Assembly (NCBI GenBank): GCA_963701185.1
Contig: OY969569.1
Coordinates: forward strand, 859,548-923,547
DNA length: 64,000 bases
Direction of reading: 5' to 3'
Source of the DNA: Candidatus Gottesmanbacteria bacterium
GTDB lineage: Bacteria > Patescibacteriota > Microgenomatia > UBA10105 > UBA927
Under the pieces are notes generated by a model. That model had not been told where the DNA came from. It ran no database searches and worked only from the letters and a program-made list of their open reading frames with translations. Both the position numbers and the translations under genes were made by a program. Within the stretch, counting starts at the first letter, position 1. Each line of letters starts with the position of its first letter. Shown piece after piece: positions 35,516 to 45,543 of the stretch.

Positions 35516-36564
35516 ATGAACAGCAGACGACGCTTGGCAACAGCGATAAAGTTGCCCTTATCGGAAGTTTAGCGACCATGTTGTCTGCCGGCATTCCCAT
35601 TCTTGACGTCGTCAATTCGCTGCTGGAGGATTCCAAAGGAGGACAGCTGAAAATTCTTACGGCACTTCACGAAGATCTTATGCAGGGAAAGCATATCTAT
35701 GTGACGTTTTCAAAATTCCCTCGCGTGTTTGATAAAGTGACGGTATCGGTTATCAAGGCATCGGAGGAGGCGGGGACGCTCGATGTCACGCTTCGGGATC
35801 TGAAACAAACCATTCAAAAGGAAATCGAATTCAGCGATAAAGTACGGTCCGCCATGATTTATCCGGTGTTTATTATTTTTATTTTTTTGGCGGTACTCCT
35901 GATGATTCTTATTGTCGTCGTGCCGAAAATTTCAACGGTTTTTTTGAGACTTAAAGTCGATTTACCCCTGCCGACACGCATTTTGATATTTCTTTCCGAT
36001 CTTTTAGTGAAAAATACGGTATTTGTTTTGGGCGGCCTTGCTCTTCTTATTGTAGGGGGGATCTTTGTATACCGGAGAAAACAGAAGACCATCATGAATA
36101 TAGTCTATGCACTTCCTATCATTTCAAAGTTAATTCAGGAGATTGATATTACGCGGTTTACCCGGAGCCTGCATTTATTGTTATCTTCGGGCTTGCCGAT
36201 AACGGCCGCCCTGGAGTTGACGAGCGATGTCGTCAACCGGAAGAAGACGGCGGACATTATCCGCCGGTCGCGCGACATGGTATTTGCGGGGAAGAAGCTT
36301 TCCGAGGGATTCCGGATGTCCAAAGGATATATTCCGGCACTGATGATTAAGCTCATGGAAGCAGGGGAAAAAACCGGTACGCTTGATAAGTCCATGCAGG
36401 ACATATCGGAATATTACGATTATGAAGTAACGACGACACTCAAAACTATCACAGCGCTTCTTGAGCCGATTCTCCTTGTCGCCGTGGGCGTCGTTGTCGG
36501 CGGGATGATGCTTGCCATTATTTCGCCGATCTATGGCCTCATCAGTCAGGTCGGGCGGCATTAA
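35512..36564 (+). CDS. pilC: type IV pilus platform protein (T2SS F family)
   Basis: LATMLSAGIP, AMIYP, GEKTGTLD, LLEP. Confidence 0.92.
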   Translation: MNEQQTTLGNSDKVALIGSLATMLSAGIPILDVVNSLLEDSKGGQLKILTALHEDLMQGKHIYVTFSKFPRVFDKVTVSVIKASEEAGTLDVTLRDLKQTIQKEIEFSDKVRSAMIYPVFIIFIFLAVLLMILIVVVPKISTVFLRLKVDLPLPTRILIFLSDLLVKNTVFVLGGLALLIVGGIFVYRRKQKTIMNIVYALPIISKLIQEIDITRFTRSLHLLLSSGLPITAALELTSDVVNRKKTADIIRRSRDMVFAGKKLSEGFRMSKGYIPALMIKLMEAGEKTGTLDKSMQDISEYYDYEVTTTLKTITALLEPILLVAVGVVVGGMMLAIISPIYGLISQVGRH

Positions 36565-36565
36565 T

Positions 36566-36970
36566 ATGCGAAAAATACAGGGTTTTACCATCATTGAACT
36601 GCTCATTGTCATGGGCATTTTTGCCGCGCTCACAGCCATTGGGTACATCCGTTCGGTGGATATTGAGCGGCGTGCTCCCATCGGCGCCACCGTGGACACG
36701 CTTATTGCGGATCTTCGCGGTGTTCAGACGAAAGCCATGATCGGAGTCAATCAAAATAGTTATCGTATTTCTATTCCGTCCTATCCTGCCCCCGCACATA
36801 TTACGATATCCACGACATTTCCGGGGTCCGTTATTGAATTTGCAAAAGGAAGCGGTGATATAACAGGATTTACCGCGGGAAACAACACTGTGACAATTAC
36901 TCAAACGCTTACCGGAGAGCATAAAATCATTACGATTAATCGCTATGGAGCAGTTACATCGGTACAATAA
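36566..36970 (+). CDS. type IV minor pilin
   Basis: QGFTIIELLIVMGI prepilin motif. Confidence 0.88.
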   Translation: MRKIQGFTIIELLIVMGIFAALTAIGYIRSVDIERRAPIGATVDTLIADLRGVQTKAMIGVNQNSYRISIPSYPAPAHITISTTFPGSVIEFAKGSGDITGFTAGNNTVTITQTLTGEHKIITINRYGAVTSVQ

Positions 36971-38876
36971 TCAGGGGCAATTGCTGGTAGAACTTCTTGT
37001 CGCGCTCGCCGTTGCGGCAATCCTCATTCCTGCGATTATCACAGGATTTATCGCAACGCGCCAAGGAGTGTCACAGGCGCGGCAGCGGTTGGAAGCGACA
37101 GCCCTCGCCCGGGAAGCGAGTGATGCGGTGCTTATTGTGCGTGATGCAGGGTGGAGTAATGTCGCGATTCCCGGGATATATCATCCGGTCGTTACAGGAG
37201 CCACATGGACGCTTGCCAGCGGATCGGCAGTAGTAAACGGGTATACGGAGTCTCTGGTTATTTCTGATGTGTCCCGTGATACATCGGGCGCCATAGTGAC
37301 GACCGGCGGCACGGTTGACCCCTCGACAAAAAAAATTACGGCAACAGTATCCTGGGGTCTGCCGATTGTGTCATCCGTTGTTGAATCTTTTTATATAACC
37401 CGGCTGACAAACCTTTCATGGATTCAAACCACGCAGGTCGATTTTGACGGAGGGACAAAAAACGGAGTCATTACGACAAATACGTGGGACGGCGAGGTGA
37501 CGTTGGGCGCCGGCGGAAAGGGGGATTGGTGCGGGCCGAATTTATCGATTGCAACCGTGGATCTTCCCAAAAACGGCGTTGCCAATGCGGTAAGCGCTAT
37601 TCCCAATCAGGTGTTTGCCGGAACAGGCGACAATGCATCCGGCGTGTCCTATGCGACCGTCACTATCAATGACGCAGATCCTCCGGTTGCGACAATCTCC
37701 GGTACATTTGACGGATTTAAAACGAATGGGATTTTTGGAGAACAACAATATGCCTACCTGGCTACGGATAATAATGTCAAAGAAATAGAAATAATAAATT
37801 TGACAACGAATCCGTATTCGGAAGCAGGCTATTTTAACGCGCCGGGTCAGGGGAACGGCGATAGTATTTATGTATCGGGCAATGTTGGATACATGACCAG
37901 CGGTACGACATTTTATACATTTGACCTCACGAGCCGGTTGGGCGAACGGTCGACCCTGGGGTCAGTACCCCTCGACGGGAAAGGAGTGAAAATCGTTATT
38001 GTAGGCGCCTACGCGTATGTAGCCATCAGTTCCACAACAACACAAATGGATATCGTGGATATTTCAGATTCAGCAAATCCTAAACTTGTTGCCAAGGCAA
38101 ATCTGAATACAGGAGCAGGAACGGACGTTTTTGTAAATTCGACAGGGACACGGGCATATGTTTCGTCCGTATATACTGCGGGTAAACCGGAGTTTTCAAT
38201 CGTCAATACCTCGATAAAATCCGGAACACTTAGCTCCATCGGGTCATATACGACCGACGGAATGAGCCCCAAAGCAGTCACCATCGTTCCCGGCAATAAG
38301 GCAATTATTGTGGGTACCGGAGGCAGTCAACAATATGTTGTTTTAGACATTCTCGATGAAACCTCCCCTATTCATTGCACAAGTCACGGCAGAAGCGGAG
38401 GACTTGCAATTCCGACTGGCGTCCATGGTGTCGCGTCCGTTATTGAAGCTGACGGCGATACATTTTCATATATCATTACCGGGGATGCTTCTTCGGAATT
38501 AAAGATCATTCAGGGTGGTCCGGGCGGCGCGTATGCGACAAACGGGACCTTTGAGTCCAGTACGCTTACGGCCACAAACAGCGCGGTATTTAACCGTTTT
38601 ATTCCCAATGGATTTGTGTTGCCAAATACGACAATACAGTATCAGGTGGCAGGTGCCGATATGATGGGCGACAGCTGCAACGGGGTAAGTTTTACGTATG
38701 TGGGACCGGACGGAACGGGAAATACGAAGTTCGCGACCGGGAGCGCCATACCGATGTCTCCGGGCCCAGGATACAAAAATCCGGCACAGTGTTTCCGGTA
38801 TAAAGCATTTCTGGCAACATCGGACACGTTTTCCGAGCCGGTATTCACTGATATGACAATAAACTATTCACCATGA
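36945..38876 (+). CDS. large pilin with LVIVD-type beta-propeller (candidate tip adhesin)
   Basis: GQLLVELLVAL; repeated VSGNVGY/VGAYAYVA...IVDISDSANP. Confidence 0.8.
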   Translation: MEQLHRYNNQGQLLVELLVALAVAAILIPAIITGFIATRQGVSQARQRLEATALAREASDAVLIVRDAGWSNVAIPGIYHPVVTGATWTLASGSAVVNGYTESLVISDVSRDTSGAIVTTGGTVDPSTKKITATVSWGLPIVSSVVESFYITRLTNLSWIQTTQVDFDGGTKNGVITTNTWDGEVTLGAGGKGDWCGPNLSIATVDLPKNGVANAVSAIPNQVFAGTGDNASGVSYATVTINDADPPVATISGTFDGFKTNGIFGEQQYAYLATDNNVKEIEIINLTTNPYSEAGYFNAPGQGNGDSIYVSGNVGYMTSGTTFYTFDLTSRLGERSTLGSVPLDGKGVKIVIVGAYAYVAISSTTTQMDIVDISDSANPKLVAKANLNTGAGTDVFVNSTGTRAYVSSVYTAGKPEFSIVNTSIKSGTLSSIGSYTTDGMSPKAVTIVPGNKAIIVGTGGSQQYVVLDILDETSPIHCTSHGRSGGLAIPTGVHGVASVIEADGDTFSYIITGDASSELKIIQGGPGGAYATNGTFESSTLTATNSAVFNRFIPNGFVLPNTTIQYQVAGADMMGDSCNGVSFTYVGPDGTGNTKFATGSAIPMSPGPGYKNPAQCFRYKAFLATSDTFSEPVFTDMTINYSP

Positions 38877-39346
38877 AAAAACAGGTGGGATTTACCATTG
38901 TTGAGCTTCTCATCTATATGGGTCTTCTGACGATACTCATGACTATTGTGACGCGCCTGTTTACCGCCACAATTGATGTGCAGTTGGCGAGTGAAGCCAT
39001 AGGAGGTGTTGAAGAAGACAGCAGATTCATCTATTCGCGCCTGGCCCATGATCTTTCACGGGCTGACAGTATCGTGACGCCGGCAATCCCCGGTGCAACG
39101 TCGACCTCCTTAACCATCATGGTAGGATCTGTGCCATATACGTATAGTCTCAGCGGAACGAATTTAATGCTGGGATCGGCGTCACTGAATAGCTACATGA
39201 CCGGTATTTCAAATATAACGTTTACCATGCTCGGACCGGATGACGGTAAAAAATCAATACAGGTGAAATATACTGTAACCAGCACGATTCAATCGTCATC
39301 GGGTACGGTTACAAGAAACATAGAGACGACGATTGCACAGCGATGA
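38873..39346 (+). CDS. type IV minor pilin
   Basis: GFTIVELLIYMGL. Confidence 0.88.
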   Translation: MKKQVGFTIVELLIYMGLLTILMTIVTRLFTATIDVQLASEAIGGVEEDSRFIYSRLAHDLSRADSIVTPAIPGATSTSLTIMVGSVPYTYSLSGTNLMLGSASLNSYMTGISNITFTMLGPDDGKKSIQVKYTVTSTIQSSSGTVTRNIETTIAQR

Positions 39347-39723
39347 AAAAGAATCAACAAGGACAAGCTCTGGTTATTCTTCTTGTTTTCATGGTCGTTG
39401 CCATTATCATGACGACCATGGCGGTCGCGCTGGTCAGTATTAACGCCACAGCTGCCAGTCAGGTTGAGCAGGGGGATATGGCGTTGAAACTCGCCGAATC
39501 CGGCGCAGACAACGCGCTTCTTCGCCTGATGCGCAGCCCCGCATATTCCGGCACCGAAACATTTACCCTGGGTTCAGGCCAGGTTACCGCTACCGTTTCG
39601 GGAACCAATCCTATTATAATTATGTCAGAGGGGAGACAGGGTACGTTTGTGCGGACGGCATCTGTTTCGGCAAGTTTCGTCAATACCGTACTGACGGTAC
39701 ATTCCTGGCGGGAGGTATTGTAA
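39343..39723 (+). CDS. PilX-like minor pilin
   Basis: GQALVILL (no Glu5), AESGAD.AL. Confidence 0.8.
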   Translation: MKKNQQGQALVILLVFMVVAIIMTTMAVALVSINATAASQVEQGDMALKLAESGADNALLRLMRSPAYSGTETFTLGSGQVTATVSGTNPIIIMSEGRQGTFVRTASVSASFVNTVLTVHSWREVL

Positions 39724-40397
39724 TGTTCAGACAAAGCTCATCCATTGTTGTCGTTTTTATCGACCGGAACCGCCTGCAGTTTTACGGGAGCAGGCTTCCG
39801 GATATTCTGACGCTTGATATACCCGCTACGCTTTCCAAAGATCTGGATATTCTCAACAAAGACGGGTTTTATACATTTGTGAATCAGTGGGTAAAGCAAA
39901 ATAACCTGGGCGGCGCAGTACTTTTTTTTATCCTTTCTCCGATGACGTATTTTGAACGGATTATCACCGCGGCTGAAGAAAGCCGGCAGGAGACAGATAT
40001 CCTGTCATTTTATAATTCCGTGCCGTTTGAGGAGCTTGCAACCAGGGTGTTGACCATAGAGGGGAAAAAGCACGCCATCGCCGCCAACCGCGAATTTATA
40101 GAAAGCATCCGGCATGCATTTATGCTCCAGGGGTATCAGGTAATGAGTGTTGTACCCGCCGTCTTATTGGGGACCCTTTCGGCCAAACGGTGGCTGGATA
40201 AAGAGACGGGAGCATATGTTGTCAAACATATTGAGACGCTTACCGCACAAAACATTGCGGAATCTGATGAACAGAGTATAGCTCCGACCGTTTCCCGTGT
40301 GCCGACGGAGAAAAATAATCCGCGGCTTATGATCATGGTGGGAATATTCGGTGTTCTGCTGTTAGTTCTCATTGTTGTTCTCTTTACACGGCATTAG
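39723..40397 (+). CDS. hypothetical pilus-cluster protein with C-terminal TM
   Basis: Operonic (TAATG); possibly PilM/GspL-like. Confidence 0.6.
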   Translation: MFRQSSSIVVVFIDRNRLQFYGSRLPDILTLDIPATLSKDLDILNKDGFYTFVNQWVKQNNLGGAVLFFILSPMTYFERIITAAEESRQETDILSFYNSVPFEELATRVLTIEGKKHAIAANREFIESIRHAFMLQGYQVMSVVPAVLLGTLSAKRWLDKETGAYVVKHIETLTAQNIAESDEQSIAPTVSRVPTEKNNPRLMIMVGIFGVLLLVLIVVLFTRH

Positions 40398-40437
40398 CAC
40401 TTGACAGGTATCATAGGGTACGATACGGTAGAAACAT

Positions 40438-40929
40438 ATGAAACATTACTGTCCCGCCGGGCGTCGTGGTTTTACGCTCATTGAACTTTTAGTTGTCATC
40501 GGGATTTTGGCGGTCCTTTTGGCAATTACATTAATCGCCATAAATCCTGCACGGCAGTTCTCGCAGGCGAATGATACAAAGCGCGCAAGCGACGTCAACG
40601 CGATTCTAAACGCGATTGACCAGTACGCAGCCGATAACAAAGGCGCCCTGCCGGGTGGCGATACTATTCCGACAACGGCAGCTGTTATCGGATCAGCCGT
40701 TGGTCAGGTCGACCTGTGTAGCGCACTGGTTACCAAATATCTTGCTGCGCTTCCGGTCGATCCGTTGACCAATAACGGAACACCGATATCACTGGATCCT
40801 GCGACTGGTGCGTGCCCGACGACGTATAACACCAACTATACGGTGTTTAAAAGCGCTGCGGATAACCGTATAACGGTATCTGCACCGGCAACAGAGATTG
40901 CAGCTCAGGATATCTCCGTGACCAGGTAA
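40438..40929 (+). CDS. type IV major pilin candidate
   Basis: GFTLIELLVVIGILAVL, INP...ANDTKR, YLAALPVDP; own TTGACA promoter and terminator. Confidence 0.88.
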   Translation: MKHYCPAGRRGFTLIELLVVIGILAVLLAITLIAINPARQFSQANDTKRASDVNAILNAIDQYAADNKGALPGGDTIPTTAAVIGSAVGQVDLCSALVTKYLAALPVDPLTNNGTPISLDPATGACPTTYNTNYTVFKSAADNRITVSAPATEIAAQDISVTR

Positions 40930-40950
40930 ACAGAGGAATTAAGAGTATAA

Positions 40951-40984
40951 AACAAAAATCCCGCGCAAGCGGGGTTTTTGGTGG
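40951..40984. terminator. bidirectional terminator hairpin (copy 1 of exact 34-nt repeat)
   Basis: AACAAAAATCCCGC-GCAA-GCGGGGTTTTTGGTGG between convergent genes. Confidence 0.85.
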
Positions 40985-41026
40985 AAAATAAAGTAGTTAT
41001 AAAAAATGCTATAGCATAAAAAATAA

Positions 41027-41782
41027 CTACTTCAAAATAAATATCCAGAATACTGCTGCAGCAACGATTCTGTAAATGGCGAAAGGGATGAAGGTGTGGG
41101 TTTTCACAAACTCGATAAACCATTTCACCGTGATTAGAGCCGTAATGAATGCGCCGATGAAGCCGATGGCCAAGAGTTCATATTGAGATCCGGTAAAATT
41201 CCTGCCGCTTTTTATAAGATCCAGTCCCGTGGCCGCCGCCATCGTGGGGATGGCAAGCAAGAATGAAAATTCCACTGCCTCATCTCGCTTCATTCCGAGG
41301 AGTCTGGCTCCCACAATTGTTGCGGCGGCACGGGAAACGCCGGGAATAACGGAGAGGGATTGGGCGATTCCGATAAGAAAAGCATCGGACAAACTCATTT
41401 TGCGTTGTTTTTCTTTTTGGAATTTTTCAAGAAGTATGAGAAGTACGCCCCCGATTCCCAAACTCCAGACGACAACCCATGGATTTCCCAGTAGTACGTC
41501 TTTAATAAACTTATACAGGACGAGCCCCACGATTGCTGTCGGAATAAATGCAACGGCTACGCGGATGAATGTTTCCTTATCCGTCAATAACTTTTTCCAA
41601 TAGAGAAGTAATACAGCGAGGATTGCCCCAAGCTGGATAATAATTTCAAAACTTTTGACGAAATCCGTTTCAGAAATTTTCAAAATCGTACTTGCCAAAA
41701 TCATATGGCCCGTCGATGAAACGGGGAGAAATTCTGTAACCCCCTCGATTATCGAGAGGATGACTGCCTGAATGAAGGTCAT
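41027..41782 (-). CDS. uppP: undecaprenyl-diphosphatase
   Basis: EGVTEFLPVSSTGH, IQLGAILAV, PGVSR, FSFLLAIP. Confidence 0.96.
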   Translation of the reverse strand: MTFIQAVILSIIEGVTEFLPVSSTGHMILASTILKISETDFVKSFEIIIQLGAILAVLLLYWKKLLTDKETFIRVAVAFIPTAIVGLVLYKFIKDVLLGNPWVVVWSLGIGGVLLILLEKFQKEKQRKMSLSDAFLIGIAQSLSVIPGVSRAAATIVGARLLGMKRDEAVEFSFLLAIPTMAAATGLDLIKSGRNFTGSQYELLAIGFIGAFITALITVKWFIEFVKTHTFIPFAIYRIVAAAVFWIFILK

Positions 41783-42177
41783 ATATTTTTGAGGAGGTAG
41801 CGCTTTATGTATGTTGCCCCGCCGGTTGTCGTGGTGGTAATAGTAAGCGACGCGCCGGTAATGCCGTAATGCGGTGTACAGACTCCTTTACTGCAGGTGC
41901 CGAAATAAAGATCCCGCGAGTCGTTGCTGCCGCTTGGAACAAATGCCCCGACGACGCCCTGTGGAATGCCGTTGGCGGAATAATTTAATACGTAATCAAA
42001 ACGCGATACACCGGGGATGGCATAAAATGTCGCGATGACGCTATGGGTTCCCCGCGACAGTTTTACGGAGGAATAGACTGCGCGAGCGGCGCGGATGCGT
42101 TTTTTAAGAGCGAAGGCTGGTTTGGAAAAAATAAAGAGTGCGGCTATAATGAGAGTTAATGCAAAAATTTTCTTCAT
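41779..42177 (-). CDS. secreted hypothetical protein
   Basis: Signal peptide; LYFGTCSKGVC motif. Confidence 0.7.
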   Translation of the reverse strand: MKKIFALTLIIAALFIFSKPAFALKKRIRAARAVYSSVKLSRGTHSVIATFYAIPGVSRFDYVLNYSANGIPQGVVGAFVPSGSNDSRDLYFGTCSKGVCTPHYGITGASLTITTTTTGGATYIKRYLLKNI

Positions 42178-42734
42178 GGACTAAGTATATCATTATTGCC
42201 GTTCTGGTTATTGTTCTAGCAGGCACCGGAGTGTATATATATTCAAAAAAAAGTATACCAGTGGTTTCGCCGGGCGAGACAGTAACCTCAACACCGACTC
42301 CCACCCCGGCAGTCGAACTGACGACGTGGAACGATCCCGCGGGTTTTTCATTCCAATATCCGAAAGATCTCTCAGTCAATAAACATGAGGAAGATCCGGA
42401 TAATTATGCCCATGTTGAGCTGACAAATAAAGCCCACCCGGGCAGTATTATTGTCTGGGCAAGTGATGTATCATCTGCGTGGCCCCCCAAAGGGGGAACA
42501 CATATTGATACGACTCTGGGCGGTATACCGGCAAAGAAAATCCTTATTGCGAGTCCCAGCGCAAAACTGATTGTCGGGGCAATAAGCGACGGGCTTTTGT
42601 TTAAAATTGAAGGAACGTATGCAGATAAACAGTATTGGCAGCCGATAGAGGATACTGTCATAAAAAGTTTTATGTTTGTCACAGATACGTCTGCACCTGT
42701 CTCCGCGGCGGATGAGGAAGAAGTTGTCCAGTAG
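42159..42734 (+). CDS. PsbP-like membrane-anchored protein
   Basis: TM, PT linker, GFSFQYPKD, TTLGGIPA, IKSFMF. Confidence 0.7.
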   Translation: MQKFSSWTKYIIIAVLVIVLAGTGVYIYSKKSIPVVSPGETVTSTPTPTPAVELTTWNDPAGFSFQYPKDLSVNKHEEDPDNYAHVELTNKAHPGSIIVWASDVSSAWPPKGGTHIDTTLGGIPAKKILIASPSAKLIVGAISDGLLFKIEGTYADKQYWQPIEDTVIKSFMFVTDTSAPVSAADEEEVVQ

Positions 42735-42834
42735 CCCCTAATATGGTATACTATCCCTACCTTGGAAAGAAGTGTGGAAGGCGGTCTCTTTAGGCACGTA
42801 TCCTCTTTAAGTCCTAAGGAGAAAGGAGTCCCAT

Positions 42835-43101
42835 ATGGCAACTAATCTATTTGTAGGGAATCTTCCCTATGCGATGGACAATGACAAACTTGCGCAATTG
42901 TTTGCGGAAGCTGGAACTGTTACAAGCGCAAAAGTGATCTCAGATAAATATTCTGGACGGTCACGCGGTTTCGGATTTGTCGAAATGGCATCCGAAGAGG
43001 AATCGAAGAAAGCTATTGAAATGTTCAATGGCAAAGACGTTGAAGGCAGAGCACTGGTCGTCAACGAAGCCAGACCTCGCGAAGAGCGACCTCGACAATA
43101 A
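42835..43101 (+). CDS. RRM RNA-binding protein
   Basis: RNP2 LFVGNL, RNP1 RGFGFVEM. Confidence 0.95.
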   Translation: MATNLFVGNLPYAMDNDKLAQLFAEAGTVTSAKVISDKYSGRSRGFGFVEMASEEESKKAIEMFNGKDVEGRALVVNEARPREERPRQ

Positions 43102-43122
43102 TAGTAAGAAATTACAATTATT

Positions 43123-43156
43123 AACAAAAATCCCGCGCAAGCGGGGTTTTTGGTGG
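43123..43156. terminator. bidirectional terminator hairpin (copy 2 of exact 34-nt repeat)
   Basis: Identical to 40951-40984. Confidence 0.85.
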
Positions 43157-43171
43157 TAGGAGAGGAAAAAA

Positions 43172-44650
43172 TCACTCGTTTGTTAGTAGTTTAAAGATAA
43201 AATCATTCTTATTAAAACCATAAATGTTCCCTGAATCGAGACTCATTATGAAATTTTTTTCTTGGACAGGTGTTGATGAATAATACACAGCTCCCGTGAA
43301 TTGTATAAGTTTTTCGGATAACACTTTTGGGTTAGAAATACGATAACCTAAATACACGTTAATTTTTCCCTGAAGTTCTGGCTGGAGCCTGCTGTCAGTT
43401 TTTTCTGCTTCAAATTTGCCGCTCAAAAAACTTGTTGGCACCAATGTGATTAAATCTTTATCCGTGTCCAATATACGCAGCCCCGTATTCCAAGCTTGAG
43501 CTTCCGTTACTGATTTTATTTTTTCTTTTGAAATAGAAATGTTGATGAAATCTTTATTCTTTGAAAGTAAATCGTCAATATTTAAATCAGGTATAGTTTG
43601 TGGTAATCTAACATCATAACTTTTTATTTCATTCAGTAAATTTGTTTGAGTATTATAAGCGTAATACGTATTACCGTTGACGTGTTTGTTTTCTGAGTAG
43701 ATGTTGGTATTCGTTTTATTGGATAAATAAATCATGTTGCCAAATATCCAGATATTTTTTATATCCTTTGGCATATTTGAGGGAGATATGAGGTCGGTTT
43801 TCATTCCTTGGGGAGAAATTTTATAGAGATTTAAATATGTGTCATTAATATCTTGAATTTGTGACCATTTGTGCTTAGACGCAATGATATTATTATCTAT
43901 GAACCCGATAAATGAGTCTGAAGTATCATGACAGCCATTCGTATATGCAAAAATATTATTTACGATGTTGCTAGTAAGGTTATAGTTAAATATTTTTCCG
44001 GAGCTCCAGCAGGCATCTCCCGCTTCCTGCATTAAGAGAAATTCATTGTCAGATATAGTTTTTACCAGCTGTGGACGGGAACAATAGATTCCGCAACTCG
44101 CATCGAGTTGAGTTACCCTTATTAGGGTATAAGTTTTTTTATTAAAAAGGTAGCTCCCATAATCCGTATAATTGCTTGCGAACCCAATAAGAAAAAATTT
44201 ACTATTAAGTTCATCAATACTGATATCAAAAGGATTACCTTTGTCTACGGCTGCCTCGAGATCGGTTGGTAATGAAATATTTTTAATTACTTTTGTTTGT
44301 TTATCATATACGTCTAATAATTTTCCATTCTTAAAAATGATTAAATTGGAAAGAATTGGATTTTCTCTAAAATAATTTTCTTCTGTAGACTTAATATTGC
44401 TATATTGATCAATCATGGTGCGATGGATTTGTTTTTCTCCCGTTGTCGTATTAAGTGATATTGTCATGATTGTTTTTATCGGAATTTCTATGTGACCAAC
44501 CTTGTATTGTTTATGGTAGTACCATTTAAAGGAAAATAAGGCTGCGATTATAAATACAACGATGAATGCAAAAATAATAAAAACAGAAAGTTTTTTACCC
44601 TGTTTGATTATTGGTGTTTTCGTAAGTTCAGTGGTTTCAACATTTACCAT
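43172..44650 (-). CDS. AT-rich hypothetical membrane-anchored beta-rich protein
   Basis: N-terminal TM; composition visibly more AT-rich than flanks. Confidence 0.75.
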   Translation of the reverse strand: MVNVETTELTKTPIIKQGKKLSVFIIFAFIVVFIIAALFSFKWYYHKQYKVGHIEIPIKTIMTISLNTTTGEKQIHRTMIDQYSNIKSTEENYFRENPILSNLIIFKNGKLLDVYDKQTKVIKNISLPTDLEAAVDKGNPFDISIDELNSKFFLIGFASNYTDYGSYLFNKKTYTLIRVTQLDASCGIYCSRPQLVKTISDNEFLLMQEAGDACWSSGKIFNYNLTSNIVNNIFAYTNGCHDTSDSFIGFIDNNIIASKHKWSQIQDINDTYLNLYKISPQGMKTDLISPSNMPKDIKNIWIFGNMIYLSNKTNTNIYSENKHVNGNTYYAYNTQTNLLNEIKSYDVRLPQTIPDLNIDDLLSKNKDFINISISKEKIKSVTEAQAWNTGLRILDTDKDLITLVPTSFLSGKFEAEKTDSRLQPELQGKINVYLGYRISNPKVLSEKLIQFTGAVYYSSTPVQEKNFIMSLDSGNIYGFNKNDFIFKLLTNE

Positions 44651-44790
44651 AATATTATTATGGCAGACATGCGATATGAAATAAACTTGTTACGGCGGAG
44701 GAGTGGGAGTGAGGGGCGGCGTGGGGAGCAGCGGCAGCCGGCAACGGCGTCATAACAGGAAATGCGGTTTTTTGGTATAATAATCTTCTT

Positions 44791-45261
44791 ATGTTTCAGA
44801 GCCCTACATTCGGTAATCTCGAACTTTCGGAGATTAGGGAAAAGATTCTTGAATTTTTATTAAAAGACTCTCATGCACAATATCAGCTCGTTGTCGGAAC
44901 CGATTCCCAGCCGCATAACGGGTCGGGGGTGGATTTTGTTACGGCAATCGTTGTCCACAGGCTCGGGACCGGAGGGATTTATTTCTGGAAACGGGTGGTG
45001 AATAAAAAAAAGTACGTGCTGCGGGACCGGATGTATGAGGAGGCGACCATGTCCCTGGAAATGGCGGAAACGGTGTTGACACTTCTGCACCGCGACGGCA
45101 TCACGAAATACGATGTGGAAATTCATGTGGACATCGGAAAATTCGGCGATACGCATGACATGATCAATGAAATAACCGGCATGATCAGGGGATCCGGATA
45201 TCGGGTCAAAATTAAGCCGGAAAGTTACGCAGCCAGTAAAGTTGCGGACAGGTATACGTAA
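44791..45261 (+). CDS. RNase H-like YkuK/DUF458 protein
   Basis: VGTDSQ, FVTAIVVHR, EIHVDIG, KPESYAASKVADR. Confidence 0.88.
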   Translation: MFQSPTFGNLELSEIREKILEFLLKDSHAQYQLVVGTDSQPHNGSGVDFVTAIVVHRLGTGGIYFWKRVVNKKKYVLRDRMYEEATMSLEMAETVLTLLHRDGITKYDVEIHVDIGKFGDTHDMINEITGMIRGSGYRVKIKPESYAASKVADRYT

Positions 45262-45328
45262 AGACCCTAAAATAATCCTACGTTCCGATCAAATCGGGAC
45301 TTCGGCGGGCGAGGGAGGTGAATAATGC

Positions 45329-45541
45329 ATGAATAACAGATTGTTCCTTTGGCTTGTTGTATTGGCAGGGATCGTCCTTATTGGTTGGGTTTATTTTACA
45401 AAACGGCCATCGTCTCCCGCATCAGTCGATAAAACAGTTGAGGTTTCTCCCACACCGGCAGGGTCTAATCTTGGTCCGCCGGAAGACGTATCGGGCATAC
45501 CCGGTAATGGTTTGGAAAAAGGCGGAGTTCCGTCGAAATAA
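45329..45541 (+). CDS. small membrane-anchored protein
   Basis: GGAGGTGA RBS; single TM. Confidence 0.6.
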   Translation: MNNRLFLWLVVLAGIVLIGWVYFTKRPSSPASVDKTVEVSPTPAGSNLGPPEDVSGIPGNGLEKGGVPSK

Positions 45542-45543
45542 TA

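Noticed and set aside
40449-40470. Degenerate palindromic repeat in the pilin leader (CPAGRRG)
   Set aside because: Too degenerate to support from this window alone
42762-42834. Structured 5' leader of the RRM gene (TCTCTTTAGG/CCTAAGGAGA)
   Set aside because: A single hairpin with no recognisable motif or covariation data
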